Below are positions 8,702-17,636 of a DNA stretch of 64,000 nucleotides, one piece after another. The notes below the pieces were generated by a model, which saw only the letters and a program-made list of their open reading frames with translations, was not told the DNA's origin and made no database searches. The stretch is from Bacillota bacterium (GTDB lineage: Bacteria; Bacillota; Ch66; Ch109), in assembly GCA_050952625.1 (NCBI GenBank), contig JBMNLH010000001.1, forward strand, positions 320,001 to 384,000. Reading direction: 5' to 3'. Made by a program: the position numbers and the translations under genes. Numbering within the stretch: position 1 is the first letter of the stretch; each line of letters opens with the position of its first letter.

Positions 8702-9827
8702 GCGAGAAAAGGTATTACTAGTCGTTTTTTTGGTGCTGGTCGGGAGTTACCTTCTTTATACTTTCTACTTTAAAACCCAGATTGCTGAGTTAAAGGGGCT
8801 TCAGGCTGAGCTTGACCGGGCGCGAAATAAAATGACTATAGCTTTGGCCCAAGGCTGGGACAACATTCCGCAAATCGAGACGCAAATTCGCGAGGTCAAA
8901 CAGCAGCAAGAAGCACTTTATTCAATTGTCCCGCCAGTTAAAGATACCCCCGGCTTGTTGGAGGAAATCTATCAATTAACGACTGAATATAATCTCCTCG
9001 TCCCTAAACCAATCAGCTTTAGTGATTTGCAAAAGTATGACCATTATGCTGCTTATACGATCAATATTAGTGTTAAAGGTCGAAGACAGGCTGTCTATCT
9101 ATTTATTCAAGATCTGGAAACTTTGAATCGTTTGATAGAAGTAAAGAAATCAACTTTACAGGCCGAATCATCAGGTTATCTTACGGGTGATTTGGAATTA
9201 GCAGTCTATGTCCTGGAAAAGATTAACCCGGATCCGAGCAATTATCCCTTTATGGATTTTGAAAGGGATCACCGAGAACCGTATGAAATATTTCAGGTCA
9301 TTTCGAACAAGCAAGCAGCGGTTGGTAATCCGCTAGATGAGGTCCCACTGCCTAAAGAACCGAATGACTTACCAGGCTCTTTGAAGCCAGCAGCAAAACA
9401 AGATAACCAAACCCCAATTCAAGAGAAACTCACAGCTAATCAGGACCAAAACGAGAAACAAAGCCCCGGCAATTTGATTACTGAAGAGAGTAGTGGGAGT
9501 AACGTATCTGCCGGAGAAATCTACCAAGTAGTGGCGGGGGATACCTTAAGGGTGATTTCTGAGAAACTTTTTGGCACCCCTAATCATTGGTCAATCCTGG
9601 CGGAGGTTAATCATTTATCGCCGCCGTATGCTCTGGAAATCGGTCAGGAGATTCGGTTGCCGGACAATATCTATACAGTCCAGCCAGGCGATACCCTATA
9701 TTCAATAGCCCTTAAAATCTACGGCGCAAATCAGCACTGGAAGGATATCGCGGAGTTAAATAATATGGCTTTCCCGTATTTACTTGCAACCGGACAAAAA
9801 TTAATACTACCTGAACTCGATACCTGA
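8655..9827 (+). CDS. pilO: PilO-like protein fused to two LysM domains
   Basis: LSRREK.LL plus TM plus coiled coil and LE.LNRLI; C-terminal YQVVAGDTL..IS and YTVQPGDTLYSIA LysM repeats after a low-complexity linker. Confidence 0.8.
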   Translation: MNSLPSFLKNCQSLSRREKVLLVVFLVLVGSYLLYTFYFKTQIAELKGLQAELDRARNKMTIALAQGWDNIPQIETQIREVKQQQEALYSIVPPVKDTPGLLEEIYQLTTEYNLLVPKPISFSDLQKYDHYAAYTINISVKGRRQAVYLFIQDLETLNRLIEVKKSTLQAESSGYLTGDLELAVYVLEKINPDPSNYPFMDFERDHREPYEIFQVISNKQAAVGNPLDEVPLPKEPNDLPGSLKPAAKQDNQTPIQEKLTANQDQNEKQSPGNLITEESSGSNVSAGEIYQVVAGDTLRVISEKLFGTPNHWSILAEVNHLSPPYALEIGQEIRLPDNIYTVQPGDTLYSIALKIYGANQHWKDIAELNNMAFPYLLATGQKLILPELDT

Positions 9828-9874
9828 ATTAAACAATAGCCAGGACAAGTAATTATTAATTCTAATCTGTATTT

Positions 9875-9980
9875 ATTTTTCTTATCAACCATCCATGCCC
9901 GTTCCTATGGAAATAGTGGACAAGGCACAACCACCAAGGAAATAACACAAACAACAATAAACGTGTTATATATTTACTAA
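9875..9980 (+). repeat. Dispersed repeat family A, copy 1
   Basis: aaccatccatgcc...ggcacaaccacc...aataacacaaacaac...gtgtta...tactaa; homologous to 29215-29292 and reverse 53605-53694. Confidence 0.85.
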
Positions 9981-9984
9981 ACGT

Positions 9985-10021
9985 AAAAACGACACGCCTT
10001 AAACTAAACTGGCGTGTCGTT
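9985..10021. terminator. Bidirectional terminator pilO/rpsT
   Basis: aacgacacgcc...ggcgtgtcgtt. Confidence 0.8.
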
Positions 10022-10079
10022 CATATTCGTTCATATTCTTTAGATTAATACGTCCAGAGAAAGCCCAAACATCTTCTGC

Positions 10080-10373
10080 TTAGGCTTCGTTAGTTTCTGC
10101 TCTTTGGCCTAGACTGGCGTTTAGTTTTTTAGCCAGCTTGGATTTTTTACGGGCAACGGCATTTCGATGGATTAAACCTTTTTGAGCAGCACGATCTAGG
10201 AGACTAATAGCTTTAGTAAACCCGCTTTGGATTTGTTCCGGGGCGGAATCAGCAGCAATAGCTGCATTAAATTTCTTGATCGTTGTTTTTATAGTCGATC
10301 GAGCAGCAGCGTTTTTCGCTGCTCTCTTCCGAGAAATCTCGACTCTTTTCTTGGCGGACTTGATATTTGGCAC
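10080..10373 (-). CDS. rpsT: 30S ribosomal protein S20
   Basis: PNIKSAKKR...KGLIHRNAVARKKS; GTG start after ggaggtga. Confidence 0.97.
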   Translation of the reverse strand: MPNIKSAKKRVEISRKRAAKNAAARSTIKTTIKKFNAAIAADSAPEQIQSGFTKAISLLDRAAQKGLIHRNAVARKKSKLAKKLNASLGQRAETNEA

Positions 10374-10475
10374 GAGGCTCACCTCCTTCGGTCCAAGACC
10401 GGTACCAATGCTACCTGAGTTAACAAAAAATATATTAGCACGTACATAGGGAAAATGCAAGCAAAAATGTCAATG

Positions 10476-10505
10476 GTATAGACTAAACGCCAATGGGAAA
10501 AGCTA
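10476..10505 (+). promoter_or_regulatory. Putative SigF/SigG forespore promoter
   Basis: GTATA-15-GGAAAAGCTA. Confidence 0.55.
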
Positions 10506-10545
10506 TTATCGCCGTTAGTCATACGGGACAAGGAGGTGAGAAAGA

Positions 10546-10890
10546 ATGAATAATAAAAGTCTTCTCGGCACGATTATTCGTTTTGTAGTATCCGCGGTTG
10601 TTCTTTTGTTAGTCGGCTGGTTTCTTCCTGGGATTCGGGTCGCTGGGTTTACCGGAGCTCTGGCAGCCGCGATCGTCATCGCTATTTTAGGTTATATTGC
10701 GGAAACTCTACTCGGCAAAAATATTTCCCCCAGAAGTCGTGGAATAGTCGGTTTTGTTACCGCGGCGATTGTTATTTACCTGGCTCAGTTTATTATCCCC
10801 AATATGCTTTCTGTATCCTTGCTGGGGGCTTTGCTGGCTGCCCTGGTAATTGGTCTAATCGATGCTTTTGTGCCTACGGAACTGCGTTAA
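10546..10890 (+). CDS. 4-TM phage holin superfamily IV (YvlD-like) membrane protein
   Basis: 114 aa, four hydrophobic helices, LPG..V.GF..AL.AA; strong RBS. Confidence 0.75.
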   Translation: MNNKSLLGTIIRFVVSAVVLLLVGWFLPGIRVAGFTGALAAAIVIAILGYIAETLLGKNISPRSRGIVGFVTAAIVIYLAQFIIPNMLSVSLLGALLAALVIGLIDAFVPTELR

Positions 10891-10946
10891 TTACAGCAGA
10901 AACATTGTAGGATAATATAAAATTTAATATAAATAACATCTTAATG

Positions 10947-10982
10947 AAACGACCCTCACTTAGCTTAAGCGGGGGTTGTTTT
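10947..10982 (+). terminator. Intrinsic terminator
   Basis: aaacgaccctc...gggggttgtttt. Confidence 0.7.
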
Positions 10983-11040
10983 ATAGCTGGTTTTTGCTAG
11001 ATGTTTGGTTCTTTGAAATCATAAACCATCTTGGTAATTG

Positions 11041-11069
11041 TCATACCCCTCATCTTGTGGGCATAGAAT
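11041..11069 (+). promoter_or_regulatory. SigE promoter of spoIIP
   Basis: TCATA...CATAGAAT with SigE-type spacing. Confidence 0.6.
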
Positions 11070-11112
11070 TGGATAGTCAGGAGTAATATTCTAATACTGT
11101 GCACCAGGGGGG

Positions 11113-12225
11113 ATGACCTTGAAATTTCAAATATTCGCTTTAAGGGTCCGCTCCCGTACCCGGTGGCAACCCTTTAGGCTGGTTTTAGTCATTCTGCTAA
11201 TTCTCGTCCTAACTATGCTTTTATTATATCGGCAAACAACGGAAATATCCTTACCAGTAGATAACGGCTGGATTGTCCAGCTCCCTGAATCCTTGCTGCA
11301 AGAGACATTATCTCAAGGCATGCCTTATATTTCAGATCAACAGCAGGGTCTTGCGTCTCGGGGTTCGAGTCGGCTTAATGATTGGTGGACAAGATACGCT
11401 CATGCCGGCACAGATCCTCGGGCGATGATGCTTCTCGAAATGGGTTGGTTGGCGACTTTAGAAAGGACAGGCCGAGAATTAATCATGGTACCAGCCAATG
11501 CAACCCCAACTGAGCCGGGTTTGGCAGATAAGCCTATTGATTCTGCGGATGCCGATCGGTTTAATGGTTTAGAAACCGAACCAGGGGATTCGGCCTCGGG
11601 CAAAATAGGACAAGATAAACTTGGAGAACCCTTGATCGCCCTATATAATACCCATAATGCCGAAACCTACATTCCCACTGACGGAAAAGCGAAAGTAGAG
11701 GGAGAAAATGGCGGGGTAGCCCAAGTTGCTCAAACCTTAAAACAAACCTTAGAGAATGAGTATGGCATTCCCACTGTTTATGTGGATACAATTCATGACT
11801 ATCCCGATTGGAGCAGGTCCTACGTCAATTCCGCTAAGACGGTCAGGGCTTTACTGGAACAATATCCGCATCTAAAGATTTTGGCCGATATTCACCGGGA
11901 CTCCTTAAATGTGGAAGATGCCTTAACCAAAAAGGTTAATGGACTAGACACGGCTCGAATTCTTTTCGTTGTTGGCAGTGATCAGCGAATGGCCCATCCC
12001 AATTGGCGTCAAAACTTAGCCTTAGCGCAGCAAATTGCTGATAGTCTAGAGACTTTGTACCCGGGTGTGTGCCGGGGAGTTAGGGTGCAGGCCGGGACCT
12101 ATAATCAGCACTTGAATCCAGGAGTAATTCTGGTAGAGATAGGTAATGATCAAAACTCCTTGGACGAGGCTAAGAGAGCCGTTCGGCTTTTGGCCGAGGC
12201 GATTAGCCAGGTAATAAAAAAGTAA
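11113..12225 (+). CDS. spoIIP: Stage II sporulation protein P (amidase/endopeptidase)
   Basis: YNTHNAETY, DIHRDS, YNQHL, LVEIG motifs; N-terminal TM. Confidence 0.93.
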   Translation: MTLKFQIFALRVRSRTRWQPFRLVLVILLILVLTMLLLYRQTTEISLPVDNGWIVQLPESLLQETLSQGMPYISDQQQGLASRGSSRLNDWWTRYAHAGTDPRAMMLLEMGWLATLERTGRELIMVPANATPTEPGLADKPIDSADADRFNGLETEPGDSASGKIGQDKLGEPLIALYNTHNAETYIPTDGKAKVEGENGGVAQVAQTLKQTLENEYGIPTVYVDTIHDYPDWSRSYVNSAKTVRALLEQYPHLKILADIHRDSLNVEDALTKKVNGLDTARILFVVGSDQRMAHPNWRQNLALAQQIADSLETLYPGVCRGVRVQAGTYNQHLNPGVILVEIGNDQNSLDEAKRAVRLLAEAISQVIKK

Positions 12226-12329
12226 TTTGAATTATTATCTTTATCGCTGCGACTGAACATGCTATATTTATTTGAATGACCTAAACTTATTGGTCATCAG
12301 ATATTTGTAGGTAAAGAAGGTCTTATTAA

Positions 12330-13904
12330 ATGTCCCAGACTGGTACCCGGGTGGTCAAAGCAGCCGGATTCTTGATGATCACCATGGTTGTTTCCCGATT
12401 GTTGGGCTATGTGCGAGACGTAGTTATTTATACCCGTTTTGGGCAGAACAGTTATACTGATGCCTATAACGCCGCTTTTTCGATTCCCGATTTCCTGTAT
12501 ATGCTGCTGGTCGGGGGAGCTTTAAGTTCCGCTTTTATCCCGGTTTTCTCAAGTTACCTGGCGACGGACAAGCCGGAAGAAGGTTGGCGGGTGGCTTCTA
12601 TTATATTTAACACCGTCATGGTGCTGATGCTGGTCGGAATTGGCATTGGCTTAATCTTCACGCCCCAACTGGTTTATCTGCTGGTTCCCAAACTATCGCC
12701 AGCTGCTATTGAACTGACCATCACTCTAACCCGGATCATGTTTGCCCAGACTTTTTTTATGGCCATGAATGGGATAGCCATGGGCATTTTGAACTCCCAC
12801 AAGCACTTTACCAGTCCGGCTATTGGCAGTGTTCTTTATAATCTAGCGATCATTGTGGTGGGCTGGCTGCTCTCGTTGCGCTGGGGAATCATGGGGTTTT
12901 CCGTGGGTGTGGTTACCGGGGCCATCCTAAATTTTGCGGTCCAAGTACCAGCCCTGGTTCGACTAGGCCTACGCTATGAATTCAGTTTTGATCTGTCTCA
13001 TCCGGGAGTAAGACGGATTTTGGAATTAATGCTGCCGGTTTTAATTGGCTTATCAGTTACTCAATTTAACCTGTTTGTGACGCAAAACCTAGCCTCTGGC
13101 TTGCCTGAAGGAATGATATCCGCCTTGCGCACTGCTCAGCGCCTGATGCAAGTGCCAATCGGCGTTTTTGGAATTGCCGTCGCTGTCGCGGTCTTTCCGA
13201 CCCTGTCGGAGCAGGCAGCCCGCAAAGAGACTAAGGATTTTATGCAGACCATGTCACTCGGGATCAGGACCGTAATTTTTTTAACCCTGCCGGCTGCCGT
13301 TGGTTTAATTGCTTTGCGCGTCCCGATTGTCCAGGCTCTGTTTGAACAGGGAAACTTTGATCACTTCGATACCCTAGCGACTGCCGAAGCCTTGCTCTAC
13401 TTTTCCCTAGGCCTTTTCGGCTATTCCGCTATTCAGGTCTTAAATCGGGTGTTTTACTCAATTCAAGATACCCGGACCCCCGTGACGGCAGGCGTTATCA
13501 CTATCGTACTGAATATTATTCTTAGTTTTGTTCTAATAAACTACCTGGGACACGGCGGTCTAGCTTTGGCTTATTCAATTGCCGGTATCTTTAATATGGC
13601 GGTTTTGCTAGTTATGGCAAAGGTTCGTTTGGGAAATATTGGCGGACGCTTAATGCTCGCTTCATTTATCAGAACTCTGACCGCCTCGTTGATCATGGGG
13701 GTGGCAGCTAGTTTAACGGTTATCTGGCTGCAGCCTCTGCTAGCATTTCACCCCAAGCTAAACCAGTTCATCACCGTGCTCGCTGGCGTGGGAGTGGGTG
13801 TGCTGGTCTTTGGCGGATTAAGCCTGCTGTTTAAAATGGAAGAAGCCCAAATGGTGGTTAGCATCCTGCGCCGGCGGTTTGGCCGCCGAGCCAAGCCCGC
13901 CTAA
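12330..13904 (+). CDS. murJ: Lipid II flippase MurJ (MviN)
   Basis: SRLLGYVRD, AAFSIPD, GALSSAFIP, many TMs. Confidence 0.95.
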   Translation: MSQTGTRVVKAAGFLMITMVVSRLLGYVRDVVIYTRFGQNSYTDAYNAAFSIPDFLYMLLVGGALSSAFIPVFSSYLATDKPEEGWRVASIIFNTVMVLMLVGIGIGLIFTPQLVYLLVPKLSPAAIELTITLTRIMFAQTFFMAMNGIAMGILNSHKHFTSPAIGSVLYNLAIIVVGWLLSLRWGIMGFSVGVVTGAILNFAVQVPALVRLGLRYEFSFDLSHPGVRRILELMLPVLIGLSVTQFNLFVTQNLASGLPEGMISALRTAQRLMQVPIGVFGIAVAVAVFPTLSEQAARKETKDFMQTMSLGIRTVIFLTLPAAVGLIALRVPIVQALFEQGNFDHFDTLATAEALLYFSLGLFGYSAIQVLNRVFYSIQDTRTPVTAGVITIVLNIILSFVLINYLGHGGLALAYSIAGIFNMAVLLVMAKVRLGNIGGRLMLASFIRTLTASLIMGVAASLTVIWLQPLLAFHPKLNQFITVLAGVGVGVLVFGGLSLLFKMEEAQMVVSILRRRFGRRAKPA

Positions 13905-13996
13905 AAGATAGAAATACTCGGAGTGATCCCATCCGCTAAGCATCCCTAACATGATGGTGCTGGATTTTACTGAAGATCGGCGATTGACGATCCGCA

Positions 13997-14155
13997 TCAT
14001 TCCTCATCATAATCTTCTGAATTGCGGTGGTTGGCCCACTGTTCCATCCCAAATTCAGGTCCTGGAAATTCTTCCTTAATGTACCCTTCCTTTTTTTCGT
14101 TTATCGCACCGGGTTTTTTGCCAGCCCCGGGGATAAAATTTCGGAAAAAGCCCAT
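13997..14155 (-). CDS. Small 52-aa hypothetical protein (not in the ORF track)
   Basis: MGFFRNFIPGAGKKPGAINEKKEGYIKEEFPGPEFGMEQWANHRNSEDYDEE; RBS aaaggagg 7 nt before ATG. Confidence 0.6.
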   Translation of the reverse strand: MGFFRNFIPGAGKKPGAINEKKEGYIKEEFPGPEFGMEQWANHRNSEDYDEE

Positions 14156-14250
14156 TGTTAAGCCTCCTTTACCCTTTGTTTTAATACTTTTAGTATTTGC
14201 GATTTACCGGTTAATATAGCCTTAGAAAAAATAAGATATCAACTCCGACT

Positions 14251-14275
14251 TCATTCTGAGCAGAGCGAAGAATCC
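14251..14275 (+). repeat. Dispersed repeat family B core
   Basis: tcattctgagcagagcgaagaatcc; related copies at 25945, 52294, 53707, 55683. Confidence 0.7.
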
Positions 14276-14340
14276 TTAACCTATTAGTGGATAGCCTGCA
14301 TTTTTCTCTTGATTCGATCAAAATGAGAATAAAATAAAAA

Positions 14341-14430
14341 CAAAGTACCCCCTCTTAATAAAGTGGGGGCTTTGGAATCGGGTGAAAAGCCGGGCAGTAA
14401 ACCAACCTGTCCCCCTGTCTCTACCTGTCC
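14341..14430. repeat. IS200/IS605-like end hairpin followed by a family C REP-like unit
   Basis: taccccc-tcttaataaa-gtgggggctt...aaaagcc, then aacctgtccccctgtc abutting the nikR stop. Confidence 0.45.
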
Positions 14431-14847
14431 CTAGAGGTGTTTTCCAGTCGAAGTAATGGTTAGCTTGCCGTGCTTGATTCCTTTCATGCTAATCAGGCGG
14501 GAGGCAATCTGGCGGGAGGCGGAGGCTGAACCTTTAAGGACCAGGACCTCCAAACAGTTATGGTGATCCAGGTGGACATGCAAGGTGGAGACAATCAACG
14601 GGTGATAATCGTGTTGGATATCATTTAACAGCTGCAGCAGATTGTTGCTGTGATGATCGTAGATCAAGGTTACTGTTCCCACCACTTCGCTGTCATCTGA
14701 TTCCCATTCCTCTTCGACCAGGTGATCACGGATCAAATCACGCAAGGCTTCTGATCGGCTAGGATAGCCTTTTTCTTTGATCAAGCGGTCAAACTTTTCT
14801 AAGAGCAGTTGATTGATCGATACTCCGAAACGGACCAGATCCTCCAT
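14431..14847 (-). CDS. nikR: Nickel-responsive regulator NikR
   Basis: RFGVS RHH, SRSEALRDLIRD, YDHH, H.HLDH..CLE. Confidence 0.95.
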   Translation of the reverse strand: MEDLVRFGVSINQLLLEKFDRLIKEKGYPSRSEALRDLIRDHLVEEEWESDDSEVVGTVTLIYDHHSNNLLQLLNDIQHDYHPLIVSTLHVHLDHHNCLEVLVLKGSASASRQIASRLISMKGIKHGKLTITSTGKHL

Positions 14848-15011
14848 TCGAACACTCTCCTTTGCAGATTTTTTATCATTTATTATGTTAGGCGTAAGGT
14901 GTTAGGAGTGAGGTGCCTTACGGCCCACGCTTAACGTTTAACTTAACAGTTTCATTATAAACCGTTATACCACTATGCACACTTTCTAAAGATAAAAAAA
15001 CCATGACTGAG

Positions 15012-15230
15012 TGCTGACCGAGTTAAAACACAAGTGCCTAACAATAAAATATCCGCCGCGCAGTGTTTTAACGGAGGTGAGCGATTGGCGGTTTACATCA
15101 GGGAACGGAGTAGGCTGAGGATCAGCAGGCATCACTGTTTGAGCCCGCAGGGCGAGTTTGATGTCTGCCCGAAGCCGACGAGGTTCGTTCCTAGTCTAGC
15201 CTGCTAACCGAGTTAAAACACAAGCACCTA
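15012..15230. repeat. Repeat family D: ~160-nt imperfect palindrome with a 23-bp directly repeated end
   Basis: tgct(g/a)accgagttaaaacacaag at 15012 and 15202; nested stems gtgttttaac/gttaaaacac, ggaacg/cgttcc, gcaggcatca/tgatgtctgc. Confidence 0.8.
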
Positions 15231-15350
15231 CCAGTCCGGCATTGCTTATGTTACCGATTAACTGTAAAATAAATAAGTTAATGAAACGATAATTAGCTTA
15301 GGCATAATGATAAGCTGGGACAATAATGAACAACAGGGGAAGGAGATTGT

Positions 15351-17156
15351 ATGACCAGTATACCCCAGGATAGAATCCGAAATTTTTGTATCATCGCGCA
15401 TATTGACCACGGAAAATCAACCTTAGCAGACCGAATTTTAGAGTTTACCGGGGCCCTTTCCGAACGGGAAATGGTGGAGCAGGTTTTAGATCAGATGGAC
15501 CTGGAACGAGAGCGGGGAATCACCATTAAGCTCACAGCGGTTCGCCTGATTTATCGGGCGCGGGATGGGCAAGACTATATGTTAAATTTGATTGATACCC
15601 CCGGTCACGTTGACTTTACTTATGAGGTTTCACGCAGTCTCGCCGCCTGTGAGGGAGCGATTTTAGTGGTGGATGCCTCCCAGGGGATTGAAGCCCAGAC
15701 CCTGGCCAATGTCTATCTGGCGATTGAGAATAATCTAGAGATCGTCCCGGTGATTAATAAAATTGACCTGCCCAGTGCTGAGCCGGAACGGGTTAAACAG
15801 GAAATTGAAGAGGTCATTGGCTTGGATTCCAGCGAGGCTATCCTAGCTTCTGCTAAGTCCGGGCTCGGGATTGAGGACATCCTGGAGGCTGTAGTGCAAA
15901 AAATTCCTCCGCCTCGGGGAGAAACGGCGCAACCGCTTCGGGCACTCATTTTTGATTCTAACTTTAATGCCTATAAAGGAGTTATTTCCTATGTGCGGGT
16001 GGTTGATGGCCAGCTTGCTAAGGGAATGGAAATAAAGATGATGTCAACCGGTCGGGTCTTTGAAGTCACTGAGGTGGGGGTCTTTAATCCAGCCTTAAAG
16101 GTGGTTGACCGGCTGACTGTGGGTGAAGTCGGTTATGTGGCAGCGAGCGTAAAGAACGTCAAAGATACCCGGGTAGGTGATACCATCACCTCGGCGCAGA
16201 ACCCGGCCCCGGCCCCGTTGCCTGGTTACCGAGAGGCAGCCTCGATGGTTTATTGCGGTCTGTACCCGGTAGAAGCGGCTAATTATACCGATTTGCGGGA
16301 TGCCCTGGAAAAATTAAAACTGAACGATGCCTCCCTGCGTTACGAACCAGAGACCTCGGCCGCTCTTGGGTTCGGCTTTCGCTGCGGCTTTTTGGGTTTG
16401 CTCCATATGGAAATTGTCCAGGAACGGTTGGAACGGGAGTATGGCTTGGCCTTGATCACCACCGCCCCGAGTGTGGTTTACCGCGTGACCAAAAGTGATG
16501 GGGAAGTGGCCTTGATTGATAACCCGGCTTTTTGGCCGGCCACTACTCAGATCGAGCGGATTGAGGAGCCGTTTGTCAAGGCCACGATTATGGTGCCGAC
16601 TGATTTTGTTGGGGCGATCATGGAACTGGCTCAGGAAAAACGCGGGGTTTTCTTAAACATGGAGTATGTCTCGGCTTCGCGAGTCATGATCACTTATGAA
16701 CTGCCGTTGAGCGAAATAATCTATGACTTTTTCGACCAACTTAAATCGCGGACCCGAGGCTATGCCTCACTGGACTACGAACTGGTGGGTTATCGGGAGT
16801 CGGAACTGGTAAAACTGGATATCCTGGTAAATGCCGAACCAGTCGATGCCCTCTCCTTTATTGTCCACCGGGATCGGGCTCAGCAACGCGGCCGCAGCTT
16901 AGTCGAAAAACTGCGGGGACTGATTCCTCGGCAGCTTTTTGACGTTCCTATTCAAGCAGCGATTGGCAACAAGATCATTGCCCGGGAAAATATTCGAGCC
17001 CGGCGGAAAGATGTGCTGGCTAAGTGCTACGGCGGGGATATAACCCGAAAACGTAAACTGCTGGAAAAACAGAAAGAGGGCAAAAAGAGGATGAAGCAGG
17101 TGGGGAATATTGAGATCCCCCAGGAAGCCTTTATGGCGGTGTTAAAAGTGGAATAA
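15351..17156 (+). CDS. lepA: Elongation factor 4 (LepA)
   Basis: [38 protein letters not shown]. Confidence 0.99.
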   Translation: MTSIPQDRIRNFCIIAHIDHGKSTLADRILEFTGALSEREMVEQVLDQMDLERERGITIKLTAVRLIYRARDGQDYMLNLIDTPGHVDFTYEVSRSLAACEGAILVVDASQGIEAQTLANVYLAIENNLEIVPVINKIDLPSAEPERVKQEIEEVIGLDSSEAILASAKSGLGIEDILEAVVQKIPPPRGETAQPLRALIFDSNFNAYKGVISYVRVVDGQLAKGMEIKMMSTGRVFEVTEVGVFNPALKVVDRLTVGEVGYVAASVKNVKDTRVGDTITSAQNPAPAPLPGYREAASMVYCGLYPVEAANYTDLRDALEKLKLNDASLRYEPETSAALGFGFRCGFLGLLHMEIVQERLEREYGLALITTAPSVVYRVTKSDGEVALIDNPAFWPATTQIERIEEPFVKATIMVPTDFVGAIMELAQEKRGVFLNMEYVSASRVMITYELPLSEIIYDFFDQLKSRTRGYASLDYELVGYRESELVKLDILVNAEPVDALSFIVHRDRAQQRGRSLVEKLRGLIPRQLFDVPIQAAIGNKIIARENIRARRKDVLAKCYGGDITRKRKLLEKQKEGKKRMKQVGNIEIPQEAFMAVLKVE

Positions 17157-17181
17157 GATGCGTGAGGCAAAAACGTGTTTT

Positions 17182-17267
17182 TAGAAGCGGGTCGCATAGT
17201 TTAAACTTCAGGTGGGGCAGAGTCTCCATCTGAAGCCTTGATGTTTAGCGAAGCTGACCTAGTTCAC
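17182..17267 (+). mobile_element. Orphan IS200/IS605-type right-end remnant
   Basis: tagaagc...ttcaggtgggg/ctccatctgaa hairpin...tagttcac; homologous to 52482-52583; no transposase nearby. Confidence 0.55.
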
Positions 17268-17500
17268 AATTAGGCTTAATGTTTATAAAAACGGTGTTAT
17301 TTGAGATAAAAGACCTTTGGGGATAATTTATATCCTTAAGAGGTCTTGTTACTTTTTATAGAAATTTTAATTGTTGTGACTATAGGTCAGGATAACTCTG
17401 AACTAATTTACAGAAAAAGGCATAGCCGCGAAAAAGCTTGGAAATAGTCGAAATAATGAGAACGTCCTGCAACTTGCAGTTCTATATTGAGTTGTCTACG

Positions 17501-17529
17501 TTGACAGGGTTTTTTGGTTTCGGTAAACT
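17501..17529 (+). promoter_or_regulatory. SigA promoter of the opuA operon
   Basis: TTGACA-17-TAAACT. Confidence 0.6.
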
Positions 17530-17636
17530 GTAAAATAATGTGGATACAATCGGTTTTATGATATTCACTCAATTATTAGTTATTACAGACATCTGTTACC
17601 TATTTATTACTAACTTACCAGGGAAGATAAAAGATC

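Noticed and set aside
13967-13999. Selenocysteine read-through of the TGA ending the 52-aa ORF
   Set aside because: No redox motif, no evident SECIS hairpin, and a TAA follows ten codons later
17308-17358. c-di-AMP (ydaO) riboswitch upstream of opuA copy 1
   Set aside because: Only a terminator-like hairpin is present; ydaO consensus blocks are missing
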